A stretch of DNA of 41,410 bases from NCBI GenBank assembly GCA_964610875.1, contig CAZSWP010000033.1, positions 1-41,410 of the forward strand, written 5' to 3'. The notes beneath the pieces are model-generated. The model was not told where the DNA came from, did not search any database, and saw nothing but the letters and a program-made list of their open reading frames with translations. The translations under genes were made by a program, and so were the position numbers. This document shows, in pieces, positions 29,905 to 39,725 of this stretch. The stretch comes from an uncultured archaeon (GTDB lineage: Archaea; Asgardarchaeota; Thorarchaeia; Thorarchaeales; Thorarchaeaceae). Each line of letters begins with the position of its first letter. Within the stretch, counting starts at the first letter, position 1.

Positions 29905-30512
29905 TTCGAGCCGTGTATATCCTGATTGATGGGGGTATATGTATATACAGTAGAGCCTATGACAAAGCTCTTGCTGACCCCCTGCTCATTAGTAGTTTCA
30001 TCTCAGCGATATCCCAGTTCAGCAGGGAGGCTATGGGAAATGACCTGCGAGGTATCGAGGCTGAAGGGCGATTTGTCTACATCCTCGACAGTGATAGAAT
30101 TGTGGTAAGCGTGGTTGTAGACCACCCTGATGACATCAGTGCCAATATGATTGAATATATCGCATTGAACTTTCTCGGTAAATACTCCAACAAATTAGGA
30201 GGGGACACAGGAGACCCTGACCTATTTACAGGATTCGACAAGGTCCTTGACAAGGTTATTCCAATTCACCTCATCCGTGAAGACAAGATTGATCCTAAGG
30301 AACCCCTTGATGCCTTGACGCTGATTGAGATTCCTAGTGACCTGCGAGAGATTGCAATGGTTCTGATTCGTGAGCACTCGGTGACTGCACAACAGATTGC
30401 TGACGAGCTAAAGATGAAAGAAGAAAAGGCAATAGAACGTCTTGAAAAAATAGTAGAGTTGGGCAAGGCTGGAAGACGGGAAACCCGGACTGGTTCTGTA
30501 TACTTCGTCTAA
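29901..30512 (+). CDS. Longin-like domain protein with C-terminal winged helix-turn-helix
   Basis: N-terminal pattern VYILIDGGICIYSRAY / DPLLISSFISAISQFSREA / three strands / helix ending FLGKY / FTGFDKVLD fits longin topology. C-terminal TAQQIADELKM..EKAIERLEKIVELG plus a beta-wing. ATGA overlap with the ATPase. Confidence 0.65.
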   Translation: MIRAVYILIDGGICIYSRAYDKALADPLLISSFISAISQFSREAMGNDLRGIEAEGRFVYILDSDRIVVSVVVDHPDDISANMIEYIALNFLGKYSNKLGGDTGDPDLFTGFDKVLDKVIPIHLIREDKIDPKEPLDALTLIEIPSDLREIAMVLIREHSVTAQQIADELKMKEEKAIERLEKIVELGKAGRRETRTGSVYFV

Positions 30513-30525
30513 CTGTTTCCTGACT

Positions 30526-30541
30526 TGAAAACATTTATGCA
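30526..30541 (+). promoter_or_regulatory. Putative archaeal BRE/TATA promoter for a near-leaderless def transcript
   Basis: GAAAA-CA-TTTATGC, with the TATA-like element about 23-29 nt upstream of ATG 30563; no SD before the ATG. Confidence 0.4.
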
Positions 30542-30562
30542 ACTCTCAGCTTCTTTTGGAAC

Positions 30563-31063
30563 ATGGCAGTGCGAGAGATGCTTCTTCTTGGGAATCCTGC
30601 ACTCTACAAGGTATCAGAACCTGTATCGAACGAAGAGGTCTCTTCTTTGAGAAAGACTATTGATGACCTTCATGACACAATGATCGATTTCCGAGAACGT
30701 TATGGTGCTGGGAGAGCAATCGCTGCGCCGCAGATTGGTGTATTCAAGCGTCTCATCTACATGCACATCGACAGACCTGTCGTGTTCATCAATCCTGAAC
30801 TGACTGACAAGAGTAAAGAGATGATTGAGGTATTGGATGACTGCATGTGTTTTCCGGACCTACTGGTCAAAGTATTGCGACATAAGAGATGCGTGTTCAA
30901 GTATAAGGATGAGGAATGGAACATGTGTAGTATGAATCTGGAGGATGACCTCTCAGAACTTCTCCAACATGAATATGATCATCTCAATGGTATTTTAGCG
31001 GTTGAGCGTGCAATTGATGGTCATTCCTTTACACTCAGGAGCGAGAGGCACTTTCTGGAATAA
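30563..31063 (+). CDS. def: Peptide deformylase (variant motifs)
   Basis: LGNPAL, GAGRAIAAPQIG, FINPE, DDCMCFP (in place of EGCLS), QHEYDHLNG. Confidence 0.9.
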   Translation: MAVREMLLLGNPALYKVSEPVSNEEVSSLRKTIDDLHDTMIDFRERYGAGRAIAAPQIGVFKRLIYMHIDRPVVFINPELTDKSKEMIEVLDDCMCFPDLLVKVLRHKRCVFKYKDEEWNMCSMNLEDDLSELLQHEYDHLNGILAVERAIDGHSFTLRSERHFLE

Positions 31064-31147
31064 ATGGTAAATTGCGTTCAATTAACAAGCCTCATATGGT
31101 TTATTGTATATCTTCAGACTACCTTGTGACCAGAGGATGAGAGTCCA

Positions 31148-34100
31148 TTGAAATCCCTTCGAATCATACTTGTGCTCCTCATCGCAGTTGGAGCAATTGT
31201 AATGGCTGCCGCTGTCATCTACGGTTGGATTTTAGGTCAAGCTATTTACATCAGCGCATTTGAATCAAAAGCAGGAGTAAATTACTGGGACACTTGGACT
31301 CTAGAGAACAATGTATTCACCGCTTCCGTCTTGTTGGCCTTCCTCTCCAGTATCAATCTGCCACAGCGTTCATCATTCATTTCCTTCGTTTCTGCCATCT
31401 CACAGACCGGTTCACCAAACACTCGGTTAGAGTATCGAACTGGCATTTTATGGCGAATTTTAGTATTCCTCAGTTTCTTTGTGTTCTATGTAGGTACTGG
31501 CGGCTATTCTGTGACCGGTCAGAATGTTGCATTTCTCATGATGCTGATGGGTGATGGTTCAATCTCCATCTCACAGAGTCAAGTCGGGCTCCTGTTTGCT
31601 CTACCTTTTGCTCCCGGGGTGTCTGAAGAACGTATAGTTGAGCTGATTCCAGCAATGGAGGCTTACCAGTTATACCTGGGTCTCATTGCGACATTTCTAG
31701 TGGCAACTGCTGCAAGAATAATTCTCAGTCTGGTCACAGACCTGATGGCTCGAAGAAGAGATATCTATGTCATAATTGCTAAGGGTCTGTTTGCAGGGTC
31801 ATTCATCATTCTCGTAGAGATTCTAGCAGTGCCAATGTGGACCGTTAATGCAGGAACATGGATGACATATCTTGCACTTCTAGTGGCACTTGGTACCTGT
31901 ATTGTGGGCAGTATCGCGTTTCTTGCAATTAGGATACATTCTGGTGATTTCCAGACCCGACTAAAGACCAAGATCACTAAACTGGAAGAGGATTTTGCCC
32001 GACTACAGGGCGAGCTAGTTTCTGTAAGACAGGAGTACGAGGCTGGGTCTCTTGACATGGAGGACTATCGGCGCCGAGTGAACATGCTGATGGAGGACCG
32101 TGCTCACATAAGTAATGAGCTCAGGCGATTGAAACTTGAAAGGTTACTTCCACTTGGTGGTTCCCCTCGTCGGTTTGTGCTACTAGCTATAATTCTGATT
32201 ATTGCAGTCTCAATGCTTCCAGTCATTCAGGCCTTCTATTATGGTGTGCAGATGCAAGGCGACAAGTACATTGATTGGAAATTCAATTATGAGACAAAGA
32301 AGGAGATCGAGATCACTACCTGGGCATCAGGGATAGAGGATATGAATATCGTTGATCTGGACTCCTTGACTTCCAATGCCACCCCTGAGAGTGAAGTTGA
32401 ATTCTTACCATCTGTGAGACAGTGGGACCAAGAAGCGAGTTATCTGCGTATGAAAAACCAGATTGGTACAAATTGGATGACGTTAGCGGACTCTGATATC
32501 GTCTATCTTAAAGGTCATGAATATTGGATAGCCCCGCTGACCTTCGATTATGGTACCATCGCTACAGGTTTCATCAATCAGCACTTGATTTACACACATA
32601 CCGAGGGAATGGTCGTTCTTGATGCCTATAGTGGGGATATAATTGAACATGATAATCTGGTTGCATTGTTCAATCGATCTCAACCAATAGCTACCTATTA
32701 TGGTGAAGGTGCAGGATTCTCCGATGTGGTCTTCGTAAACGTCCCTTCAGCTGATGAGGTTGGGAATATGTCTTATCAGGGAGACCCGGATTATACGTTA
32801 GCTGGCTTCGAGTCTCTCTTCTATATGCTAAGTATGGGTCCTGAAGCCTGGTCCTTCATGGGGCAAGAACTGGATATGCTCATGGAACGTGATGTGGTAT
32901 CACGGGTAGAGTCTATCATGCTTCAGGGCATCACAGTTGACTCTGATCCATACATCGTTATCGGACCAACAGGAGATATCTATTATGCCGTTTCTACGTA
33001 TATAGACTACAGACTATCTACTGGATATGCCCATGAGAATTACATGCGATTTCTTGGTGTTGTGCTAGTGTCTATTGAAACTGGAGTCATGGAGTTCTAT
33101 AACACTCCAACCACAAATTCCACCTTTTTCATAGATAGAACATTCATAGACTATTATGATTGGGAACTCGCTCCTGATTGGCTTCAGAAACAGATGAAAT
33201 GGCCTGAGGACCTGTATGAAAGGCAACTTGAAATTGCGTATATCTATCATGTTGAGGATGGCTTCGTCTGGAAGGGCGGAAACGATTTCCATCAAGCACC
33301 CGAAGATTCTGATACAAGATACATCATCAACCGGATTGGCGGCGAAGACCGATTTATAGCAATGCATAATTCCGAGTTCTTGAACTCTGCTGGTAGAAAT
33401 CTTGCAGGCATTTATGTAATGGGGTGTGGTGACAAAGACTTTGGTCAACTGACCTTCTACAGTGCTGGGGTGCAGGGTTATTCCACCTTGCTGGGACCTA
33501 ACGCGGCTGTACAAGCCTTTGAAACAAATGATGAAGTGCGAACACAGCTGCAGTTATGGGGTGAACACCGTTATGGTAACCGTCTCATGTATCAACTTGG
33601 TGGCGACCTGTTCTTTGTAATTCCCGTCTTCCTCGTTGTCGAGACCTCTGTTGAAGGAGTGATTCAGAAACTAGGCGGTATTGGTCTGGTCGATGCACAG
33701 ACTGGTGAACGAGTCACTCTTGGCACAAATGTGGTAGAAGCCTACTACAAGATGTTCGGCTTATTGAATCAGACCACCGTTGAGGAAGGCGAGGTCGGAA
33801 TTGATAGTGCAGTCTTTGACCCACTCACAGTCGATTCAGATGAGTTCTCATCGCTGCTACTCCTCCTAAGGAATAAGGATAATGTATCTCACAATCTGAC
33901 TGTTGATATCACTGTTTCTGCTGGTGATTTTACGGTGAATTGGCATGGTAGCAATGTGATTCCAATAGTAAATCCAACGAACACAACCTATCGCCTTGAG
34001 ATCGGCACTGTTGGCCCAGGGGATGTATATGGCACAACACCTTTGGTTGCTGCAACCCTGCCCGTTGGCATAGTATCTGCACAGTATATTGTATTGGTCA

Positions 34101-34159
34101 CACTAAGGACCGAAGAGGGGGTTGTTGACCAGGTGAGTCTTATACTAACTGTGACATAA
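31148..34159 (+). CDS. UPF0182-family-like membrane protein with coiled-coil insert and C-terminal Ig-like domain
   Basis: N-terminal TM bundle; VRQWD, HLIYTH, DSDPYIV, WPEDLYERQ, LLGP, YGNRL...GDLFFVIPVFL match the UPF0182 motif order. Confidence 0.75.
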   Translation: MKSLRIILVLLIAVGAIVMAAAVIYGWILGQAIYISAFESKAGVNYWDTWTLENNVFTASVLLAFLSSINLPQRSSFISFVSAISQTGSPNTRLEYRTGILWRILVFLSFFVFYVGTGGYSVTGQNVAFLMMLMGDGSISISQSQVGLLFALPFAPGVSEERIVELIPAMEAYQLYLGLIATFLVATAARIILSLVTDLMARRRDIYVIIAKGLFAGSFIILVEILAVPMWTVNAGTWMTYLALLVALGTCIVGSIAFLAIRIHSGDFQTRLKTKITKLEEDFARLQGELVSVRQEYEAGSLDMEDYRRRVNMLMEDRAHISNELRRLKLERLLPLGGSPRRFVLLAIILIIAVSMLPVIQAFYYGVQMQGDKYIDWKFNYETKKEIEITTWASGIEDMNIVDLDSLTSNATPESEVEFLPSVRQWDQEASYLRMKNQIGTNWMTLADSDIVYLKGHEYWIAPLTFDYGTIATGFINQHLIYTHTEGMVVLDAYSGDIIEHDNLVALFNRSQPIATYYGEGAGFSDVVFVNVPSADEVGNMSYQGDPDYTLAGFESLFYMLSMGPEAWSFMGQELDMLMERDVVSRVESIMLQGITVDSDPYIVIGPTGDIYYAVSTYIDYRLSTGYAHENYMRFLGVVLVSIETGVMEFYNTPTTNSTFFIDRTFIDYYDWELAPDWLQKQMKWPEDLYERQLEIAYIYHVEDGFVWKGGNDFHQAPEDSDTRYIINRIGGEDRFIAMHNSEFLNSAGRNLAGIYVMGCGDKDFGQLTFYSAGVQGYSTLLGPNAAVQAFETNDEVRTQLQLWGEHRYGNRLMYQLGGDLFFVIPVFLVVETSVEGVIQKLGGIGLVDAQTGERVTLGTNVVEAYYKMFGLLNQTTVEEGEVGIDSAVFDPLTVDSDEFSSLLLLLRNKDNVSHNLTVDITVSAGDFTVNWHGSNVIPIVNPTNTTYRLEIGTVGPGDVYGTTPLVAATLPVGIVSAQYIVLVTLRTEEGVVDQVSLILTVT

Positions 34160-34162
34160 ACT

Positions 34163-35104
34163 CTAGTTGTGCTCTCTATACCACTCTAGAGTCTGTCGCA
34201 GTCCATCCTCTAAAGAAACATCTGCCGAGAATTCAAGAAGACGTTGAGCTTTAGCCATCATTCCCGTGCTCTCCTTCACATCACCGACTCGCGGTGCAAT
34301 ATGCTCTATTCCCAAATGAGTGTCACTTAGATCAATGATTTTTTTGGCCAGATTAAGAATACTAATTGACGTGGTCCCGCAGATATTGAATACTTCTCCA
34401 ACACCACTGTCTATTCTACCAGCTTTGATTGTTGCAGTGACTACATCTTTCACAAAAATGAAACTTCGTGTCTGCTCTCCGTTTCCTTCGATTTGTAGTG
34501 GTTTGTCATTGACTGCACGGTCTGCAAATATCGAAATAACACCACTATAAGCTGATGTAGCTTGTCGTGGGCCATATACGTTGAAATAACGAAGGATAAC
34601 ATAATCAAGGTCGAAGCTATGCTTGTATGATTCAACATATGCTTCTCCTGCCATCTTTGATGCAGCGTAGGGACTGAGGGGTGATAATGGTGTGTTTTCT
34701 GGAATTGGCATCGCTTTCGGATTCCCATAGACAGCTGCACTTGAAACATAGACGAACCGCCTTGCGTTTCCAATTCTTGCAAGTTCGAGAACATGCAATG
34801 TTCCAGTCGAGTTTATCTCATGGACCATAGCAGGATTTTCCGTAGACTCCTTGACTGAAGATACAGCTGCGAGATGATACACAGTATCCAAAGGTTTGTC
34901 AATTGTATCGTGAAGATTTCCTTTTGAAATATCAAGTTCCATGAAATGGAAATTTGGATTTTCTAGGAATTCACTCATATTTTCCATCTTTCCGGTTCTG
35001 AGGTTATCAACACCTATTACGAAGTTTCCCCGGTCGAGTAATTCTTCAACTAGATGACTTCCAATGAATCCCGCACACCCAGTTACCAGTATTCTATCAG
35101 CCAA
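34163..35104 (-). CDS. NAD-dependent UDP-hexose/HexNAc 4-epimerase (GalE/WbpP-like SDR)
   Basis: TGCAGFIGS, HLAA, SSAAVYG, SPYAASK, LRYFNVYGPRQ, YSGVI, GEQTRSF. Confidence 0.92.
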   Translation of the reverse strand: MADRILVTGCAGFIGSHLVEELLDRGNFVIGVDNLRTGKMENMSEFLENPNFHFMELDISKGNLHDTIDKPLDTVYHLAAVSSVKESTENPAMVHEINSTGTLHVLELARIGNARRFVYVSSAAVYGNPKAMPIPENTPLSPLSPYAASKMAGEAYVESYKHSFDLDYVILRYFNVYGPRQATSAYSGVISIFADRAVNDKPLQIEGNGEQTRSFIFVKDVVTATIKAGRIDSGVGEVFNICGTTSISILNLAKKIIDLSDTHLGIEHIAPRVGDVKESTGMMAKAQRLLEFSADVSLEDGLRQTLEWYREHN

Positions 35105-35274
35105 TAGAACTCACTGGGCTCTTTGAACTATTTCAGATGTTTAACTGTTTTCGTTTCGAGTATAATAGAAAACGCTTGAAGCAAAAATGTCCTGTGCCGT
35201 TAACCTTATGAACTGCGTAAGAGGCCCGAGAGCTTGTCGAACTGTACAGTCAACTGCACTAGCGAGGACTAGCG

Positions 35275-35571
35275 ATGATATCGGAACCATTTGAGTTTGC
35301 TCAACTGATAATCTTAGTTCTGGCAGTGGTCTTTCTACTTCTCGCAGTTGAATACCGAAAACTGTCCTTCGCAGTGATTGCTTTTGCTGTGGGAAACGTC
35401 TTCCTCAGCATGTTGATGTTCGCACTAGGGGCACCGTACGTTGCGGTATTCAATGCCAGCGTCTTCTCAGGTGCAGTAGCTATTCTATTTCTAGCTACTA
35501 TCAATCTTGAAGACCCCGGAGAGGAAGAAGATGAGACCACCGAGAACGATTCGGAGGTGACCGCACAATGA
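35275..35571 (+). CDS. Small membrane subunit, NuoJ N-half / MbhD-like
   Basis: Three TM segments, LGAPYVAVFNASVFSGAVAILFL resembles NuoJ TM3 / MbhD; acidic tail; first gene of the operon. Confidence 0.75.
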   Translation: MISEPFEFAQLIILVLAVVFLLLAVEYRKLSFAVIAFAVGNVFLSMLMFALGAPYVAVFNASVFSGAVAILFLATINLEDPGEEEDETTENDSEVTAQ

Positions 35572-35834
35572 AGTACAAGATATTTGCATTCATTCTTGCG
35601 GTAGTAATGATAGTGATCATTGGAAGTCAACTGATTGACTTCACTGCATTCATCCATGGCACCCCTGCAGGAACGCTATATGATGCAGGTGCTTGGGAAG
35701 AGATAGGAGCTGCTATTGCAGACATCCTCTGGTCTTATCGTGCCATTGATGTGCTGATTCAAGCCACGCTATTACTTGCTGCAGTCATGGGTGCTTCTGC
35801 AATGGTGCGAGCCTATCGTAGGGAGGATGAGTAA
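35568..35834 (+). CDS. Small membrane subunit, NuoJ C-half / MbhE-like
   Basis: Two TM segments with LWSYRAIDVLIQ..LL.AA..GA; ATGA overlap with the previous gene. Confidence 0.65.
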   Translation: MKYKIFAFILAVVMIVIIGSQLIDFTAFIHGTPAGTLYDAGAWEEIGAAIADILWSYRAIDVLIQATLLLAAVMGASAMVRAYRREDE

Positions 35835-35836
35835 TC

Positions 35837-36166
35837 ATGTTCGATATGTTACAGATCTACCTTATTTTCGCATTGATTCTCTATGCCATTGGCATCTATA
35901 CTCTGGCCAGTAACCGGAACATGGTGAAACTGGTCATTGGCATCGAGATTCTTGTAGCTGCAGTCAACCTAAACTTTCTTGCATTGGCTGCTTTTACTGG
36001 GGGTCCATCCATCTTGGGACCTGTTGATCCTGTTGCTCAAGTGTTTGTCATTCTGTCAATCTGTGTCGGTGGTGCCATTGCTGCGGTATCACTCAGTCTG
36101 ATTCGTGCCTCCTACCGTCACTATGGAACACTTGACATTCGTGAGTTGCGGAGGCTTAGAGGATGA
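35837..36166 (+). CDS. nuoK: NuoK / MrpC-like subunit
   Basis: IGIY.L..NRN.VK..IGIEIL...VNLN; DPVAQVFVI; YRHYGTLDIRELRRLRG. Confidence 0.85.
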   Translation: MFDMLQIYLIFALILYAIGIYTLASNRNMVKLVIGIEILVAAVNLNFLALAAFTGGPSILGPVDPVAQVFVILSICVGGAIAAVSLSLIRASYRHYGTLDIRELRRLRG

Positions 36167-38184
36167 TTCTCCCCCTCGAACTTGCTGGTTGGCTGGTATT
36201 TGTCGTACCAATCATTGGAGCCCTATTGACTCCTGTCTTCGCAAAGATACACGGTAATCTTAGGGACCTCATGGCTGTACTCTTCGGATTTGTGACTGCC
36301 TTCATTGCAGTTGATATGGTTCTCAGTATGATTCTTGCTCCTGTAGAGCTGGAAGTAGACTTACTCACATGGGTCATTGTAGGAAGTTTTGAGTTTGAGT
36401 TCGGTGTTCTCATCGACCCACTTAGTGTACTATTGGCAATCATTGCTGGTGGTATTGGGTCCCTCATCATTTTGTTTAGTGTTGGATATATGACTGGACA
36501 TGATGATGAGGGCAATCTTGTCAAAGACCCAAGCCTTACACGATACTATTTCCTCATGCAACTCTTCGTTGCTGGAATGATTCTCCTTGTTATGGCAAAC
36601 AATCTTTTGATGACTTTCATCGGTTGGGAGATTGTTGGTGTCTGTTCCTATGCTCTCATCGGGTTCTGGCACAAGTTAACGAGTCCTAGCCCTGTTCCTG
36701 AATACAAGACTGAAGGTGAGTACAATGCAGTCTGCGGAATGAAAGCCTTCATGGTCACACGTGTGGGTGACATCGGGTTACTGGCTGGTATTGTCCTGAT
36801 TTATTTCGTCACTGGGACATTCAATTATCATGAGATTCTCACAACTGCTCCAACTTGGATTGCTGCTATGACTACAGTGACCACTGCACTCCTTCCAATC
36901 ATCGCCATTCTCATCTTTGCTGGCCCAATTGGTAAGAGTGCTCAGTTTCCATTGCATGTGTGGCTTCCAGAAGCCATGGCAGGACCCACGACTGTTTCCG
37001 CCCTCATTCACGCTGCAGCAATGGTCAAGGCTGGAGTCTACCTTGTTGCTCGTCTTGTCCCGATCTTCCTTGAGATAATGGTGACAGTCGGTGGTGTACA
37101 GGTCTTCTTTGAAACCATCGCCTGGATTGGCGCAATCACTGCTTTCATGGCGGCAACGATGGCACTGGTCCAAGATGAGATTAAGAAGGTCTTAGCCTAT
37201 TCTACAATTTCACAACTTGGTTACATGTTCATGGCTCTTGGTTCAGTAGGGTTGGTTGCTGAGAGTGTGGCTGCTTACGCTGCAGGCACGTTTCATCTGC
37301 TTGCTCATGCTATCTTTAAAGCCCTCTTGTTCCTTGCAGCAGGTTCAGTTCTGCACGCAGTTCAGAGCAAGTCAATGAATGATATGGGTGGTCTGAGTAA
37401 AGAGATGAAGATCACCAGTGCGACATTTGTAATTGGTGGTTTATCATTAGCTGGAGTGCCACCATTCATCGGTTTCTGGTCTAAGGAGCTCATCTTTGAG
37501 GCTCTGTTCCACGGTGGACAATATCTCATCTTCTTCATTGCTTTTGTGACAGCAATCATCACTGCATTCTACACCTTTAGGATGGTCGGAAAGACCTTCT
37601 TTGGTGAGAAGTCTGCACATGTGAAAGAACTAGAATCACATGGCCATCACATTCATGAAGCTCCTCCAACGATGACAATCCCGTTGATTATTCTTGCAGT
37701 CTTTGCTGCCGGTGGATTTCTCTTGGAGGGAGTTTTCTTCAACACTTTTGCTCCAATCGGTGAAACCCTCACCTATGCCTTTGAATGGAGTCACCTTCAT
37801 CCATGGGCCATCGGGTTTACCCTTCTCTTCTCCATAATTGTCTGGGTGGTGGGAATTATTCCCGCCTATTTTGTCTATTTCAAGGGAAGGGAATTTGGAT
37901 TTATCACTTCAATCAGTCAGAGTTCCATCAGAGGGTTCCTTGAGAATCGTTGGTACATCAACGAACTCTGGAATCGCCTCTTTGTTGACGGGTATCTCTG
38001 GATGAGCAATGCACTTCGAACACGACTGGAGGCGTTCCTCCTCTCACTTGACAACGCCGTTGCAGGTGGCATGGAGGGAGTGTCCAAGGGATGGAGACGT
38101 ACCATGACTGGTGTGCTCAATACCAATGTATTGGGCATGATGCTTGGGATCATCGCGTTTCTGCTGATACTCATCTTCCTCTAG
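36163..38184 (+). CDS. nuoL: NADH-quinone oxidoreductase subunit L-like antiporter subunit
   Basis: GWEIVGVCSYALIGFW, KAFMVTRVGD, GKSAQFPLHVWLPEAMAGPTTVSALIHAA, KKVLAYSTISQLG, HAIFKALLFL, FWSKE; C-terminal lateral helix plus a TM. Confidence 0.92.
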   Translation: MILPLELAGWLVFVVPIIGALLTPVFAKIHGNLRDLMAVLFGFVTAFIAVDMVLSMILAPVELEVDLLTWVIVGSFEFEFGVLIDPLSVLLAIIAGGIGSLIILFSVGYMTGHDDEGNLVKDPSLTRYYFLMQLFVAGMILLVMANNLLMTFIGWEIVGVCSYALIGFWHKLTSPSPVPEYKTEGEYNAVCGMKAFMVTRVGDIGLLAGIVLIYFVTGTFNYHEILTTAPTWIAAMTTVTTALLPIIAILIFAGPIGKSAQFPLHVWLPEAMAGPTTVSALIHAAAMVKAGVYLVARLVPIFLEIMVTVGGVQVFFETIAWIGAITAFMAATMALVQDEIKKVLAYSTISQLGYMFMALGSVGLVAESVAAYAAGTFHLLAHAIFKALLFLAAGSVLHAVQSKSMNDMGGLSKEMKITSATFVIGGLSLAGVPPFIGFWSKELIFEALFHGGQYLIFFIAFVTAIITAFYTFRMVGKTFFGEKSAHVKELESHGHHIHEAPPTMTIPLIILAVFAAGGFLLEGVFFNTFAPIGETLTYAFEWSHLHPWAIGFTLLFSIIVWVVGIIPAYFVYFKGREFGFITSISQSSIRGFLENRWYINELWNRLFVDGYLWMSNALRTRLEAFLLSLDNAVAGGMEGVSKGWRRTMTGVLNTNVLGMMLGIIAFLLILIFL

Positions 38185-38196
38185 GAGGTCAATGAT

Positions 38197-39720
38197 ATGC
38201 AAGGACTACTCTTCATCCCAATTCTCTCGGAATATCCAATGATCCTCACCCTCCTAGGCCTCATCGTTGGAGGACTGCTAACACTCATAGCAGGCAATAG
38301 GTCTGAGAAGGCAGGATTTGTAATAGCCACGCTGTCTATGTTGGGAGCACTGTTCCTCAATATACTCCTGATGCTGGATATCTGGAATGGCGGTTCAGTC
38401 TTCCATGATATTGTCTGGCTTGGCAGTGAGACCAATCCGATCATGACTCTTGGTTTCCTTGGAGACGGTCTGAGCGGACCGGTAGCTATTCTCATCATTG
38501 GACTTGGACTCTTCTCAATCATCTTCTCATCAGTCTACATGAAGGGCCTGAAGAATCCTGGACTCTACTACTCCCTCATGGTCTGGTTCATTGCGGCCAT
38601 GGTTGGTGTAGTTTACGCGACCAACTTGATGCAGTTCTTCATCTTCTATGAGCTGATGTTGATTCCAGCCTTCGTGCTGGTCTACTTGTACGGAGTTTCT
38701 GAGGACCCACAAGAGCGTTCAAGAAATGCACTGCAGTTTTGGGTGTGGACTTCAGTGGGTGGGTTGATTTCACTATTCGCTGTCTTCCTACTCTTTGGAT
38801 TCACCGGTACTATGGACATAGCCTCGCTCTATTCTGCATCAATTGCTGTTGACCTAGCACGAACCATTGGTGTAATATTCCTACTCGGATTTGGTATCAA
38901 GCTTGGTCTTGTACCATTGCATGTGTGGGCACCAAAGGTCTATCGTGAAGCACCAATACCTGTACTTGTCTTACTCAGTGGGGCCATGACAAAGACAGCA
39001 GCGTATGGTGTCATCAGGATTGTGATTCCGATCTTCTATGATGTCCTCTCTGTCTATTCGACAGGGCTTCTCGTGATTGCTCTCATAACCATGTTCTATG
39101 GTGCCATGCTGGCAATCGCGCAGAAAGACCTCAAGATGATGCTGGCTTACTCAAGCATCAGCCAACTAGGATACCTCATGTTCGGCTACTCGAGCATGAC
39201 CTTGATTGGACTCAGTGGAGCTGCATTCCACCTGTTCAATCACGGAATTCTTGCCAGCCTGATGTTCTTCTGTGCAGGAGCAATCAAGATGAAGACAGGA
39301 ACCATGGAGTTTGACAAGCTTGGTGGTCTTGGACCAAAGATGCCCATCTTTTCAACCGTGTTCGTTATCGGTGGTCTTGCTCTAGCCGGTACTCCTCCAC
39401 TATCTGCATTTGCAGGTGAGTGGATGATATTTGCAGGAGCTGCACAATTAGCCACTGGAGCTACAACCTTCACCTATGCAATACTAACTGTGCTAGGTGT
39501 TGTCGCCACAGGTCTTACAGCAGGCTACTATCTCTGGGCTATTCGACGAGTAATATACGGACAGGTGCCCGAGGAACTCGGTGAACTGGACGAACCTCCA
39601 AAGACAATCCTCTTGATTGTCGTGCTGTTGGTCATTCCAGTCATGGTTCTTGGTGTCTGGCCGTGGATACTATGGAGATTCGTAAACCCCGTTCTAGCGG
39701 GACTCTTGGGAGGAGGTTGA
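38197..39720 (+). CDS. nuoM: NADH-quinone oxidoreductase subunit M-like antiporter subunit
   Basis: FFIFYELMLIP, GIKLGLVPLHVW, KTAAYG, QKDLK...AYSSISQLG, NHG, FAGEW (terminal Glu typical of NuoM); GGAGG SD. Confidence 0.88.
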   Translation: MQGLLFIPILSEYPMILTLLGLIVGGLLTLIAGNRSEKAGFVIATLSMLGALFLNILLMLDIWNGGSVFHDIVWLGSETNPIMTLGFLGDGLSGPVAILIIGLGLFSIIFSSVYMKGLKNPGLYYSLMVWFIAAMVGVVYATNLMQFFIFYELMLIPAFVLVYLYGVSEDPQERSRNALQFWVWTSVGGLISLFAVFLLFGFTGTMDIASLYSASIAVDLARTIGVIFLLGFGIKLGLVPLHVWAPKVYREAPIPVLVLLSGAMTKTAAYGVIRIVIPIFYDVLSVYSTGLLVIALITMFYGAMLAIAQKDLKMMLAYSSISQLGYLMFGYSSMTLIGLSGAAFHLFNHGILASLMFFCAGAIKMKTGTMEFDKLGGLGPKMPIFSTVFVIGGLALAGTPPLSAFAGEWMIFAGAAQLATGATTFTYAILTVLGVVATGLTAGYYLWAIRRVIYGQVPEELGELDEPPKTILLIVVLLVIPVMVLGVWPWILWRFVNPVLAGLLGGG

Positions 39721-39725
39721 ACATC

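Noticed and set aside
35258-35275. ACTAGCGA direct repeat flanking the SD of the membrane-arm operon
   Set aside because: Two 8-bp copies only; compatible with chance.
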